In this document: in pieces, positions 24,701 through 36,371 of the stretch
How positions within the stretch are numbered: the first letter of the stretch is position 1
Layout: every line of letters begins with the position of its first letter
Source of the DNA: Pseudovirgaria hyperparasitica
Taxonomy: Eukaryota
Assembly: GCA_010093815.1 (NCBI GenBank)
Contig: ML996570.1
Length of the DNA stretch: 64,000 nt
Strand: one strand, 5' to 3'
The notes under the pieces: generated by a model
What the model saw: only the letters and a program-made list of their open reading frames with translations
Database searches by the model: none
What the model was told of the DNA's origin: nothing
Made by a program: the position numbers and the translations under genes

Positions 24701-26661
24701 GACCCAAGGATCAGTAGAGTCTGCCACTTCTATCGCAAGGGAGCAATACGAAAAGGCATTCTCGGCAGTCTCCAGTGCACTCTACGGAGCTCCTCAGGGG
24801 CCAGGTGAAAGCCTCTCCAGTATAGCATCAGAGAACTATGCTGCGGCGGTCACTGCGTAAGTCTCCTCACCCTGAAAGTATCACAACATGTGTTGAATTT
24901 TTGAATAGGGCGTCTTACGCAATTTATGGTACACCGACTCCTATCCTGTCATCCCTCTCTTCTCAGGCGGAAGCTTCTTACAGCGCCGCTCTCAAAGCCG
25001 CCCAGGCGGAGTATGAGAAGGCAAGCAGCGCCATATCATCGCAGATTGGAAAGGCTACAAAAACCAAACCAGTTCACGAAGAGATGTTATTATCGGCCGA
25101 GCGAGTGTACTCTGGCTCGATTGCAGCCGCAAGCCAGAAATGGCAGGCTGTATTGAAAGCGGTAGTGCCAACTCAAGCGCCTCTGGAATCTGTGTCATCA
25201 TTGGCCGCCTCCAGGCTATCAGAAGGACTTAGCATTGCTTCCGCACAGTACACAAGTGCCAAGATCGCCGCCGGGCTTCAGCCAACCCCGGCAACACAGC
25301 ATTACCTTGATGAAGCACGCAAGAGGTATTATGAAGGTATTGGCATGGCCCACGCACGCTACTCGGAATTCTTGGAGGAAGCGTCCAGTGCCGTGTACGG
25401 CACACCGACCCCTGCTTACGAGAGTGTGCTGTCTGCTGCGCAGAGCCAATATTCAGCCGCTATCGACGTGGCCTCGTCTAATTTACAAAGCGCTGGCGAT
25501 GCTGTTGATGCCACTTCTCGTTTCAATGAAGCTTATGCTGCCGCAACTGCTGCATTGTTTGGAGCATCCGCAAAGGCCAGCGAGGCTATCTATGGCTCTC
25601 CACAGGGCGCTGTTGAATCTTTTGTATCGCAGATTTCACAGAAAGCCGACTCCATCGCTTCCGTTGCTAGCTCTACTGTGATCGGAACCCAGACGCCGTG
25701 GACAGAATCAGTTGCATCTCAAGCTTCACAAAACTGGGAATCGCTTGTCGCCCGAGCCAGCGAGCAAGTCTATGGGCAGCCCACACCATTTACACAATCT
25801 CTTTACAATCAAGCCGGTGAATATGGTGCACAGGCTACGGAGGCTGCCGCTGCGCAATATGCATCAATTCAAGCCCTGTTATCCGAGCTTGTGATCGGAA
25901 AAGAAGCAGATTTCACCGAGAGCGTGTATGCTCGCTTTAGCTCCGCCTACCATACTGATGTCCCAGGTGTGATATCTCAGGCTTCATCGTATGCCTCTGT
26001 GGCTTACGACTCCGCTTCTTCTGTGGTCTCCTCTGTTTTTACCCCTCCGCCAGCAGTCGAAGCCATCATCGACCAGGCTAACGACCAACTTAATGCTGCC
26101 GTTGATGCTTTAAGCGTACAGATCTACGGTACCGAGAAAAATTATCTAGAGAAGGCTACTGACGCAGCTGGCTCTGCATACGCCGCTGCTCAAACACAGG
26201 CCAGTGAGGCTATCTACGGCACCGAAGCCGCATACGTCGAGAAAGCTCAGGCATCATTCGCTGATGTCGCCGCATCCGCTCAATCTGCCATTTCTATAGC
26301 TATCTACGGCACTCCCACGGGTGCTGTCGAATCTGCCACCAATGCCGCAGGTGCAGCTTATGAATCAGTTCAATCTGTCGTCAACGAGAACATTAAGCAA
26401 GCTGGGGAAGTCGCGGGAGACTCGTACGAGGCTGCTCGCGCCAAGATCAGCTCAGCTATCTACGGCCCTGAGGTAGGCGCTATTGAAAGTGCACAGAATC
26501 GTGTAGCTACTGCCGTTGAGTCAGCTCGTGCGAGGCTCGACGAACTTGCGAAAGCGGGTGGGGAACAAGCGCAGAAGGCGCGCGAGAGTGTTGTGGAAAT
26601 GGTCTCGAGCGTCGCTGAAGCAGCCGCAGGTGTCACGGGACGAGTGAAGGATGAGTTGTAA
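21795..26661 (+). CDS. Large conserved fungal ER/membrane protein (She10-like N-terminus, Ala/Ser-rich repeats, C-terminal KDEL)
   Basis: N-terminal TM segment then FRCP...CKPY, coiled-coil region with GLQEIGMRWAWMDGVTYKDWQKY, many SxAIYGTP repeats, ends RVKDEL*. Introns 21953-22003, 22721-22771, 24857-24909. Confidence 0.8.
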
Positions 26662-27307
26662 ATGTCACTCATATTGATTGAGATGCATACAACCAAGGGG
26701 ATGTGTAGGGGTGGTAATGTCAAGCGTCATGAGAGTTTTCGCACATGTGTTATGGTGAATGATTTACGAGCGAAAGATGGTCCTAGTTTTCTTATGGATG
26801 AAATTCGGTGAAAAGTGGTACAAAATACGGTGGAACCATCATCGGTGCTACACTTTTGCTCCTATTCCTTCTCAAATGCTCTCTCCTTCCGTCTCAGTTG
26901 ATTGATTTTGTTCTATTCCTTTACCACACGATATCCCATTCCAGATCATGCATTGGTCTGTTTGTATCGAGTTATTTTTCCAAACCGAAGTGCGGCAGAC
27001 AACAAGGGGTCAGGGCCTTGTAGATGTTATGAGGAGGCGGGACTCAATGAGCTCATTCACTATGAATTGAACTAAGATTAACGATGTGATCACTACGATC
27101 TTGCTCTAGCGTCATTCTAGTCACAATTTATTTGCAGTCGCCCATTCCATTCACTAAATGGCAACATGGCTCCAGTAACAACAGCGATACCTTGGCACTG
27201 TGGCCTTTGTGTCAAATAGGTACCAATTTATATCCTTGTTTGTGCTACCTCGTGGAATAATGAGGCTTATACCACCACGATACGTGAATATCTTACACGC
27301 TGTCATT

Positions 27308-28147
27308 TTACTCATACTCGTTCCCAATTGTGATCGATGTCCTGGACGCATAAACTTTAGAGAGCTTAATCCCGACAAGGTACTTGCCCGGCTCATCACC
27401 ATCAGATACAGTCTCGGATGCCACAAATATTGAATTCATCAACCCTTCATACCTCGAACTCCCACCCTGGAAAGTAGCCGTGAGAACTTGTAGCTATCAG
27501 CGAGATGATTCATTGGGAAAGTCAAAATGGAAGCAGTACAGACCTCGATAGAGGGTACCATAAGGCACTTCCCGACGGGACCTAAAACAATTATTCTCAC
27601 GCTCAATATCCTTCTGCGTCTGGTTGGCACACGCGTTCAGTTGGTCGGATGATGGAGGTTTGGAAATGATGGACTTGATCATTTCATCGTTGAAAAGTAT
27701 GCCACTCATCTCTAGCTGGAATGGCATGGAATTGTCATCAGGAACGACCGTTCCTATGAAGCGTGGGTGCGTAATGGACGGGTCTACATCAGTGATGGAG
27801 TAGTCGTTTACATTGGAGATCGTTGCTTTCAATTGAACCTCGAACTGTTATCTTAAGCGGTTGTATCGACCACAATCCTGAGAGAAAGGGTATTGCTTAC
27901 TCCAGGTTCAGACACAAGCGAGATTGTTTCAAAGTGAAATAGCCCGAGACTGCTTCCCGATGACAAGTTCCCCAGGTCCAACTAGATCTTCGATCAGTAT
28001 TCTGTTCCTACATCGGATGTTATTGTGTACGAACTGCACGATCAACGGTCGCCTAATAGTAATGTCAGCGATGCAAATGCGCGTTTGGATTTTGTCTACA
28101 CGTACATTGAAAAACAAGGCTGGCACAATGTAGTTGAAAGGCTGCAT
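27308..28147 (-). CDS. DUF3237/UPF0311-like beta-barrel protein, 5 exons (~206 aa)
   Basis: Exons 28147-28106, 28052-28035, 27981-27901, 27844-27544 and 27486-27308 join in frame without stops. The product ends TFQGGSSRYEGLMNSIFVASE...VGIKLSKV, like the DUF3237 C-terminal pattern. The true start may lie further upstream. Confidence 0.65.
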
Positions 28148-28465
28148 ATTAGAAGACGAATGACAACTCCCGTGTATAATCCTGAACTGACCCGATATCT
28201 GGCAGGAAAAATGAGAATCTATGGCGTCCCTGCCTCTATAAATGTACGATTAGTCCAATCCAAAATCCAAAAACACGTCATGCATCACAAGGCCCTTCCC
28301 AATGAACGTAGTGTATTGCAAGCGTAATCACTGCGTGCAAGTGGATGTCTCGACTGTGGAGTCGCGCACTCGTAGTATGCATGACCATGTAGGCTGATGT
28401 GGGTACAGTGTTCAGTAGCGTTGCTGCTCTCTGTAACCTTATGGTAGCTTTTTATCACGAAGAGA

Positions 28466-28720
28466 GACAGTCCTCTCCACAATAGGAGAATATTATGACG
28501 TCTCAAATGGCTGTTATAACTTCAAGTCCTGCAGACAGAGTCTGACTTCCATGTAGAGAAGTGTGTTGTGACGTCTTCTATGCGTATAGCGCTCAGAGTC
28601 ATGCGGACGGACCTTTTTCATGCATAGGAGAATTTCATGACGTCGTATGTGCTTATTATCGATTATGGTAATGCAAATACAGCCCCCTCTTCACACATAG
28701 AACCTGACGTCTTTTATGTC
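28466..28720. repeat. Degenerate ~70-bp tandem array (4 units), each with a CRE-like TGACGTC motif
   Basis: TGACGTC at 28496, 28569, 28638 and 28705, each preceded by a pyrimidine tract then ...TAG(G/A)GAA or TAGAA. Confidence 0.7.
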
Positions 28721-29367
28721 GGACTTCTTATCTTGATTCTACGGTCGCTCGTAGACCTCTGTAGACATCTGTAGCCCTTGTCAGCCGAGCAACTCTATTC
28801 AACCGCTTTCCAGTGTGAGTGTTATCGCAATCTAGAGTAGTTGACCATATATTCCATTTGAGCTCGGTATGTTTTAGTAATAGATGCAGTAGCTAAGCGA
28901 TTAGTATCATAATATTGCGAGACCACTAAGGCATTAGCTGGGTGGAAATAATTTAAGTTATTAGATCTATGAAACCTTAGCCAATGTATGGGAACTATAT
29001 GATAATATCAGTTTTAGTCTTATTACACACATGACTCTACTACTTATCCGTATAACTGATTGAATTATATAAATCCAGTACACATTATAGTAGATACGTT
29101 AAAATAGTTCTTTGATATATTTACGATATCCAGAAGTATAGTACTTACACTGATAATCAAATATCTAAAAACGAGAAAGGTGAAGATTGTACATTGGTTG
29201 AGTGAAGATTCTATCTTGCCCCTCAGAGTGTGTGATTGTTCTGTCCTATCACCGCCCGTAACACCCTGAATTTGTGCTACCTAGGTACTCTATGAGCTGC
29301 CACCTCATCTGACCACCCACCTCATGCGGCACTTCCAGCAGAACAAAGAACATCTTTTCGCTGCACT

Positions 29368-31749
29368 ATGAGAGCAGAACCAGCAGCGATTTTATCGGCG
29401 TTGCTCCGTCCCCACGCGGGATACTATCGAGGTAGGGATCACTCATAGCTATAGCCTTGTCCGCTTCAGCTGACCTCAAACTTGTAGAGGGCTTTTCCAC
29501 CGATGGCGTGGACTCTAACAATGCAGTGGTGCCGACAGGCTATGGAGGAACAGTTGATTTTTTAAGTCAGGAACCCGACACAGCACTGATTTTTCATTTA
29601 CTAAATTGTGATCTTAGATGCGGTCCCAATCGCTAGTGTCGAGCCTGATGTAGAGGTTACCTATGATGACTGGGTCCACCCAGAAGACCTACCTCCTATG
29701 CCTCAATGCGTGGCAGAACAAGACCAATCAAGCTTGCTGAATATCATGTCGAAGTGTACGAGTAAGAGATGCACCAAACGAGTTGGTTTTTGCTGGCGTC
29801 ATCAATGGCTGACTGATACACACTGTCTTGGCACGGAACTCTCTCCTCAACTCTTCAGTCAATACTTTGACTATTGCAGTCGATCAGTTCTCGCCAAGGC
29901 GCAGTTGTATCAATGGGTCCAGAAAATTACAGGTCGCTCGTGGCTTGTCGACGTTGGTGACACAACCGACGTGCTAGAACTTTCGCCTTCCTCCTTAGAA
30001 AAGGGTTTTGCAAATGTCAAGATCACAAATCGGGCTCCAAGTTGCCTTACAGATGCAACGAGTGCTTCGTCCTCGGAGCGTTTTGGACATGTATTTACAT
30101 CATGCAGGTTCACAGATTCGACACGGCATACAGGTAATGTCGAACGTCCATGGGAATATAACGAAGGCATGAACGCGCTACTTAGCCTCGATACCGAGAT
30201 AGCCGGTTACGATCTTACGGGTGGCAGCATCAGCAACGGAGACTACTTTGATATCAAATGTTTCTGTAGCACATACGGCTTAGACCTTCAATCCACAACC
30301 TGTTCTGGCCTTGATACCACGCGAGAATACCTGTGGATGAATGCCATCTGCGGGCCAACGTCACTTCCCGACAATTGGAAAGATTCACTCATGACGACCG
30401 ACTATGCATACATACCTGTCGAAGACTGGAACTGGCCAAGCTGCGTTACCGATATGCCCGTTGCAATCACGGAACGTCCCCTGCAGTGTGAGACTGACGC
30501 TTGTGAGGTCGATCCCGATGGATATTGTGAAACTACGCCCTCAATTGACAGAGCTTGTTTTTGCCAAGGTATAAGCTACGACTCCTGTGGCGGTTCATGC
30601 CACATCTTCGAGACGAGAATCGAGTATTTGGAATGGCTCAATACAACATGTGGTCTACTACCGGATTGGAATGGTCTACCAGATGACTGGCATCAGCTCA
30701 TCATTCCTACCAGTCTTGATATGATGCCTTGGAAGTGGACCGTTAAGTCGCTCCAGAACTCCAGCAGTGGACCCTCAGCACCAGACAGACAGGATGAGCA
30801 ATGTGCTTCCAATGCATGGAAATTGGGTAGTTTCATTCTCATCAACATGGCAACATTGCTCGCAACTATCGTGAGTCAGAAAAGGGGCAGAAACGACATG
30901 CCGTACGATATACTATCCACAAACAATTCCCAGTCTTGGTTCCTCAGAGGGCTGTTACTTACCGGATTGTCTCTCTGCGCAATGGAACTCAACGCTTACC
31001 TCGTCACATCGACTGCCGGCTATGAAGCCGTGCCAGTGATTGGGCTCATGCTCTTGTGGTGTACCATGCCTAGGCTAACCTGGATTACAACATTCATGGC
31101 GTGGAAACGTCCACTCGAAGCGATGGAGTGTTCCATTGCTAAAGCCGCACTCCTTATGGAACTCGTTCTCCAAGCCTTAGCGTCGAAATACATGCTGAAA
31201 ACTCTCACGTACGGCGTAGAGCACGGCTTCTATACCAATGGGTCCGGAAGATTGCCAGGGTCGACCTCTACGCAGGCTATGTACGCAGGAGCATTACTAT
31301 GGGTCGTTGTTGCTACCAGTACTATCTTTGTTCTACTCGTCAGCTTACATCTGCACCTTCGCTCTCATAGTATGGAAAGAGCGAGCACAAGCGGCAACTT
31401 GGAACAAGAACCGCTATTGAGCCACCATGAGGCCAACTCCGATACCACATACAGTACAATCCCAAAGGACGCCAGTGACTTACCACAGGAAAAGGGCTTG
31501 ACTCCACAGGAGAAGAATACGATCATGATATGGTCTGGGTTCGCAAGCGTTGTCATGCTCTTCCTTTGGGTCGCACAATGGCTCTTCTGGGCGGGATTCA
31601 TTGGTCTGGCGTTGACTGAGTACGTGACAACATTGAATCATGAGTCATAACGCGAAACCCCGCTGACTTAAAGCAGTTTCTGTCCGCCTAGATTAGTATT
31701 GCTCACTGCTGTGTGGGTTGCTACGACGTTACTAGGAAGTCTTATATAG
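29368..31749 (+). CDS. Multi-pass membrane protein with Cys-rich repeated (CFEM-like) N-terminal domain, function unknown
   Basis: 680-codon ORF plus inferred introns 29432-29487, 29566-29617 and 31620-31676. Repeated CFC...EY(L)xW(L/M)NxxCG...LPDxW blocks, about 7 hydrophobic segments, C-terminal WLFWAGFIGL...FCPP. Confidence 0.75.
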
Positions 31750-32624
31750 CAAACGGATTTTACGTAGGGGTTGAGGGCGTATCGGGTGATTGGACATGGT
31801 CTTTTTGGTACAAAGATGGATCTCGCCATGGTTCAATGATAACGAATTTCTTTGGACAGACAGACGACGGGTGACAGTATAGCCATCTCTTTGCAGCAGC
31901 TCTCGGTTCGTAAAGATCAACAAAACTTTGTCAATTTCTTAGTATCTGATGCTACAAATTGCGTATTTACCGGTATATCAGAGATTACACGTATGCCGAG
32001 GCCATAGATAGGCTATAGCTTAGCCAGTAGTCCATTTTGACGATCCCCCCCCCAAACCGACGCTATATCTTCTAGCTGATCGATATCATTGAGCATTGCT
32101 ACGGACTGCGTGACATAAGAACAGCCAGTTTGAAATGCTTGAAATAATTGCAGTCCAGTCGCAAATGAAAGATCTCTCGAGGTGACGCCAAATGATATTC
32201 GCGATTGCAAGTTTTCAGACAGATTTTTGAAAGTGAAGTCCTGGTTCATGCCAGGATTAAAAAGGCGCTGATATGATACTACACGTGTGTTGTAGGATAT
32301 GAACAGCTAAAAGGATCTAATATTACGACATCGTATATCAGGTTACACTGATGAGGCCTATCTTTTGATCGGAGACATGAAGGCTCGAATACACGTCGCG
32401 CAAGACTCACTCCATCACTGAAGACTCCGCGACAGCATCGAAGCTTCAACAGCTATGTAAAGTTATACCAATTGCGACCTACACCAGTCATGACATTCAC
32501 CAGCTCTGAATGAGTACCTTAAATTAACGATCAATTCGAAATAGTCATATCTCATAACCGGTATCTCAAGTTTCATAGCCCCAGGAATACGTATCCCTCC
32601 CTCTCTTCCTCTTTCCATCTCCCT

Positions 32625-32903
32625 TTAACAACCACCTCCACCACCCCCACCGCCGCCATCTCCACCACCCCCTCCACACGAGGCCCCGCCTCCGTCTCCC
32701 CCAGAAAAACCCCCGCCTCCGTCTCCCCCGGAGTAACCTCCGCCGCTGAAGAATCCGCCTGTGTAGCTTGAACCACCATGACGACGAGCCTTCCTACCGC
32801 CATATGACTGCTGGTTGTACTTGCCGACCTTGGTCACGGCGACGGGCTTGCCGCTGTAGCTGTCGACGTATACCACTTCGGGCTTGGACGAGTGGCAACC
32901 CAT
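32625..32903 (-). CDS. Small Gly-rich protein with N-terminal myristoylation/palmitoylation-type motif
   Basis: ATG in CACCATGG context, MGCHSSK N-terminus, Gly-rich tail ending GGGC, and a TATA-like run upstream near 33136-33150. Confidence 0.65.
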   Translation of the reverse strand: MGCHSSKPEVVYVDSYSGKPVAVTKVGKYNQQSYGGRKARRHGGSSYTGGFFSGGGYSGGDGGGGFSGGDGGGASCGGGGGDGGGGGGGGGC

Positions 32904-33814
32904 GGTGATATTTGAATGAATGAGTGCGTGTGAGGTTGGGAATAAGACTGGCCAGAGGCCTAATCGAAGACAGGTTGTGTGAGGCGGTATGTGTGATGTG
33001 TGATTGATTGATTGATTGTTTGTTTGTTCCGAAGAATCTGTGTTGTGTCGTGGTACGTCTGTCTTGAACGAGCAAGACAGTCAAGGTGTAATGTGAGTTC
33101 AATGGGTGCTACTCATCTCTGTACTAGGACTGTCGTTATATATATATATGCATCCTCGTAGATGCACACACCGCGTGACTACCAGTATACGACATGCGAC
33201 ATCATTCCAGCCCCCGCGCGCAGCCGCAGCTGTCAGCCCGTGCTAACGGTACACCACAAGTCCCTCAACCACTCACCTTGCGCCTCTCACGAAGAATTCC
33301 ACCGTACGGAAGCGAAGCAGGGAAGTCGCAAGGCTGAGCCCCAGTAGCCACCACCATCGGGCCTTATCTTGTTCCCCTTCGCAGCCTAGCGTGCGTCAAC
33401 GAAGCCTTCTAGAAACAGGGGTAGATGCGATGCGCTCGGCCGCGCACTGGTGGATCGAACTTTGACTCGCATTACGCGGATCTTGATCTGCCTTGTTGGA
33501 AGCCTAACACCATCCGGCCTGTTGTTGTGGGGCGGTAACTGGTTCTGTAATTATGTGCTCAGATCCTCGTGAGCATTGGGGCTGTGCGGGCTGACGTCAA
33601 ATCCGCGAAATGCGAGTGGTCTGTGCGCGGGCTGTGACATTAGGTCGGTCACGTGTGAGAGCGACGGGGAGTTCAGGAGTCCGGATAAGTGACTGAAACG
33701 AAAGTTTTATATGTTATGATAGATATCCCAGATTGGGTCATATTTCATGGACTGGATCCAGCACTCTATATGGCTCGTCTTGTCCTCACAGTGGACACTT
33801 TTATTCAGAACTGT

Positions 33815-35278
33815 TCAAGTCCAGGAAATGCTGGGCAAGCGATATTAGCAACACAAATGCAACACCTTTCGAACAGAAAGGGACTCACCCAAGCATGATA
33901 CCGGCGCCTGCTGCGATAGCTGCAAACTGTGTGATCGTGTTCTTAACTTCTTTCTTTCGGTCCGGCCCCGTCTCCAACATCTCCGGTACGACGGCAACGG
34001 TGCCCACATACAAAAACGTCCCGGCGGTAAATGGTAGCAGTAAGTCTCCCCACATCAAGCTCGTCCCTGCGAGCCCGACCCCCTCGACCGCGTTCTCCCC
34101 CGAACTACTCCCTCCAAGTTCTTGTACTGTGATGCCGATTAGCGTGCCGAGAAACGCGCCTGCAGCGGTGATGAACTGCGCGCCCATGGCTTTGCGCTTC
34201 GAGAAGCCAGACTGGATGAGCAGGGCGAAGTCTCCTACTTCATGCGGGATCTCGTGGAAAAAGACGGCGACAGTGGTGGTTGCGCCTATGGTAGGCGAGG
34301 CGTAGAAGGAGGAGGAGAGGGCAAGGCCGTCGGTTATGTTGTGTGTGAAGTCGGCAATGAGATTTAGGTAGCCGGAGAGTTTGACAGAGGGACTGATCTC
34401 CTTATTGGTCTCAGGGGCCGATGAAGAAGAAGTAGTAGTACCGTTGGCTGTGGCGCGGGATTTGAGGGTTGTTGTGTCTGCAGTCATTAGTGCAAGGAAA
34501 GGGCGAGTATATTCGATATATATGGAGACGAATGCTACAATCAAATGAGCGAGATATTTCATTACCTTTTTTCTCCATGCCACTGGCTTTGACGACTTCA
34601 GTCTTCTCGTGCGAGTGCCCGTGATCGTGGTTGTGAGGATCCTGACCTCCAGTTGCGATCCGCAGACTCTTGTCCATAAGTACAAACGTCAAGAACCCAA
34701 CCATAATGGCTGCGCCCAGTAAAAGATTGCGGTTTGGCTCGACCATCACAAACTTGACCTCATCAGGGGCAACTTCACCCAGAAATATCTCAGGAAGTAG
34801 ATGGAACAACGTGTCTCCGAGCAGTCCACCAACAGCAAAAGCGACCATTACGGAAAGCGAATTGGGGTCTATGTTGGGAGGACATAGTGCTAGAAGAAAG
34901 TTTGGAGGCCCGGAGATGTACAGAGTCGCGAGGAGTGCATTGACTGCTGGACTACCAGGAAAGAGTACGGCGAAAAGCTTGGCCATGAAGCCTGAGGCCA
35001 AAGGCGTGGTAGCCTTTTTGTGGGCATTGAGTTGCTGGACGAATTCACATGACTGTCTCGAGGTTAGCAATAAGAAATTGCCAATTGGAGGGAAGAAGAC
35101 TGTAATGGTGTTTTGTTCCAATGGATCATACCTCAACTTGTTCCTCAATCTCAGGTACCGTAAGTGAGCCTAGAGGTTTTTCGACTGTAGCTTGAACACC
35201 ATTGCTGTAAATAGCTAGCACTAAGAAAATCGGGATAGCCACGCGGCAGAGGCGTAGCAAATAGGATCTGGAAGTCAT
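33815..35278 (-). CDS. YKE4: ZIP-family (LIV-1/ZIP7-like) ER zinc transporter
   Basis: Signal-like N-terminus, AFAVGGLLGDTLFHLLPE, His-rich loop HNHDHGHSH, LNLIADFTHNITDG and FFHEIPHEVGDFA. Three introns, last exon ISWT*. Confidence 0.88.
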
Positions 35279-35559
35279 CACGGTGCCCTGATATTGTAGA
35301 CCGTCGAAATATTCAGATTGATAACGCGTCAGGGGCGCTCTCATGACAGATGTTCGGCTTCTGAAGCCTGCCAAGTCTCCTTTCCCGGCTGAACCACGGC
35401 CACGGCGTTTCTTACTTCCTTCTGCCACTAAAGATTTCGAATCTGGATTTTTTGACCGCACGGTACTCACCATTCACACCACCTTGCTGGCTGCAACCCC
35501 TCACACTTTACCCCTCTCATCTGCATACAGGCGACTACCTACATATAAAACCCGTTATC

Positions 35560-36371
35560 ATGGGCCGTGAACTCCAGAAGAAGAAGAATCGGTCCAGCAA
35601 TCCGAGAGTACGGCAGAAGCCGAAGAGCAAGAAGAAGATTCTCACAAACCCAATCATTGCTGCGAATTGGTATGCACTCCAACTTTTTCGAAGTTTATTA
35701 TAGATAGGTCTTGCAAGGGCCTCCCGACCTAGCATTTCTCGCCCATTTTCTCTTACCAATGCTCACCACAGATCCATCACAGGAACCAAAAAGAAACCCT
35801 CACCCAAAACTACCGCCGCCTGGGCCTTGTTTCCAAGCTGAACAAACGGACCGGCGGCATCGACAAAACCCCCTTGCAATCTACATCCGCCGCCCCGCAG
35901 TCTACCGATGCATTCCTCATAAACGGCCCCGGTAGCACGCCTCTGAACCCTAAATCTATAAATCCTGCTGAAGTCTCTGTGACTCGTGATCCTGCGACTG
36001 GCCGCATCATCAGTGTTGACACTCCAGTTTCTTCGAACCCGCTGAACGATCCTCTACATGGACTAGATAGTGATGACGATGACAATGAGGAGTGGACAGC
36101 GCATGAATTTGCGCATGTGCCGGAGAAAAAGGGGGGCGAGAGCGGAGTTGTGAGAGTATTGGAAGAGCAGGCGAGAAGTGGGAGGAGGAAGACGCCGCGA
36201 AAGCAGAGCGATAGGGAGCAGGAGTGGATTGCAGACTTGGTGAGGAAATACGGGGAGGACTACGCGAGGATGGCGAGAGACCGAAAGTTGAATCCGATGC
36301 AGCAGACGACCGGAGAACTAAAGAGGAGAGTGGAAAAGTGGAAGAAGGATCAAAAGGTGGCAGAGGAGTGA
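35560..36371 (+). CDS. NOP16: Nucleolar 60S biogenesis protein Nop16
   Basis: MGRELQKKKNRSS, IIAANW|NQKETLTQNYRRLGL and LVRKYGEDYARMARDRKLNPMQQT. One intron. Confidence 0.9.

Noticed and set aside
28466..28720. CRISPR-like interpretation of the ~70-bp periodic array
   Set aside because: Eukaryotic context, degenerate repeats, related spacers and no cas genes.
31770..32249. Possible pseudogene fragments, one ORF ending in AKL
   Set aside because: I could not build a consistent spliced frame or recognise a family. The PTS1-like end is probably chance.
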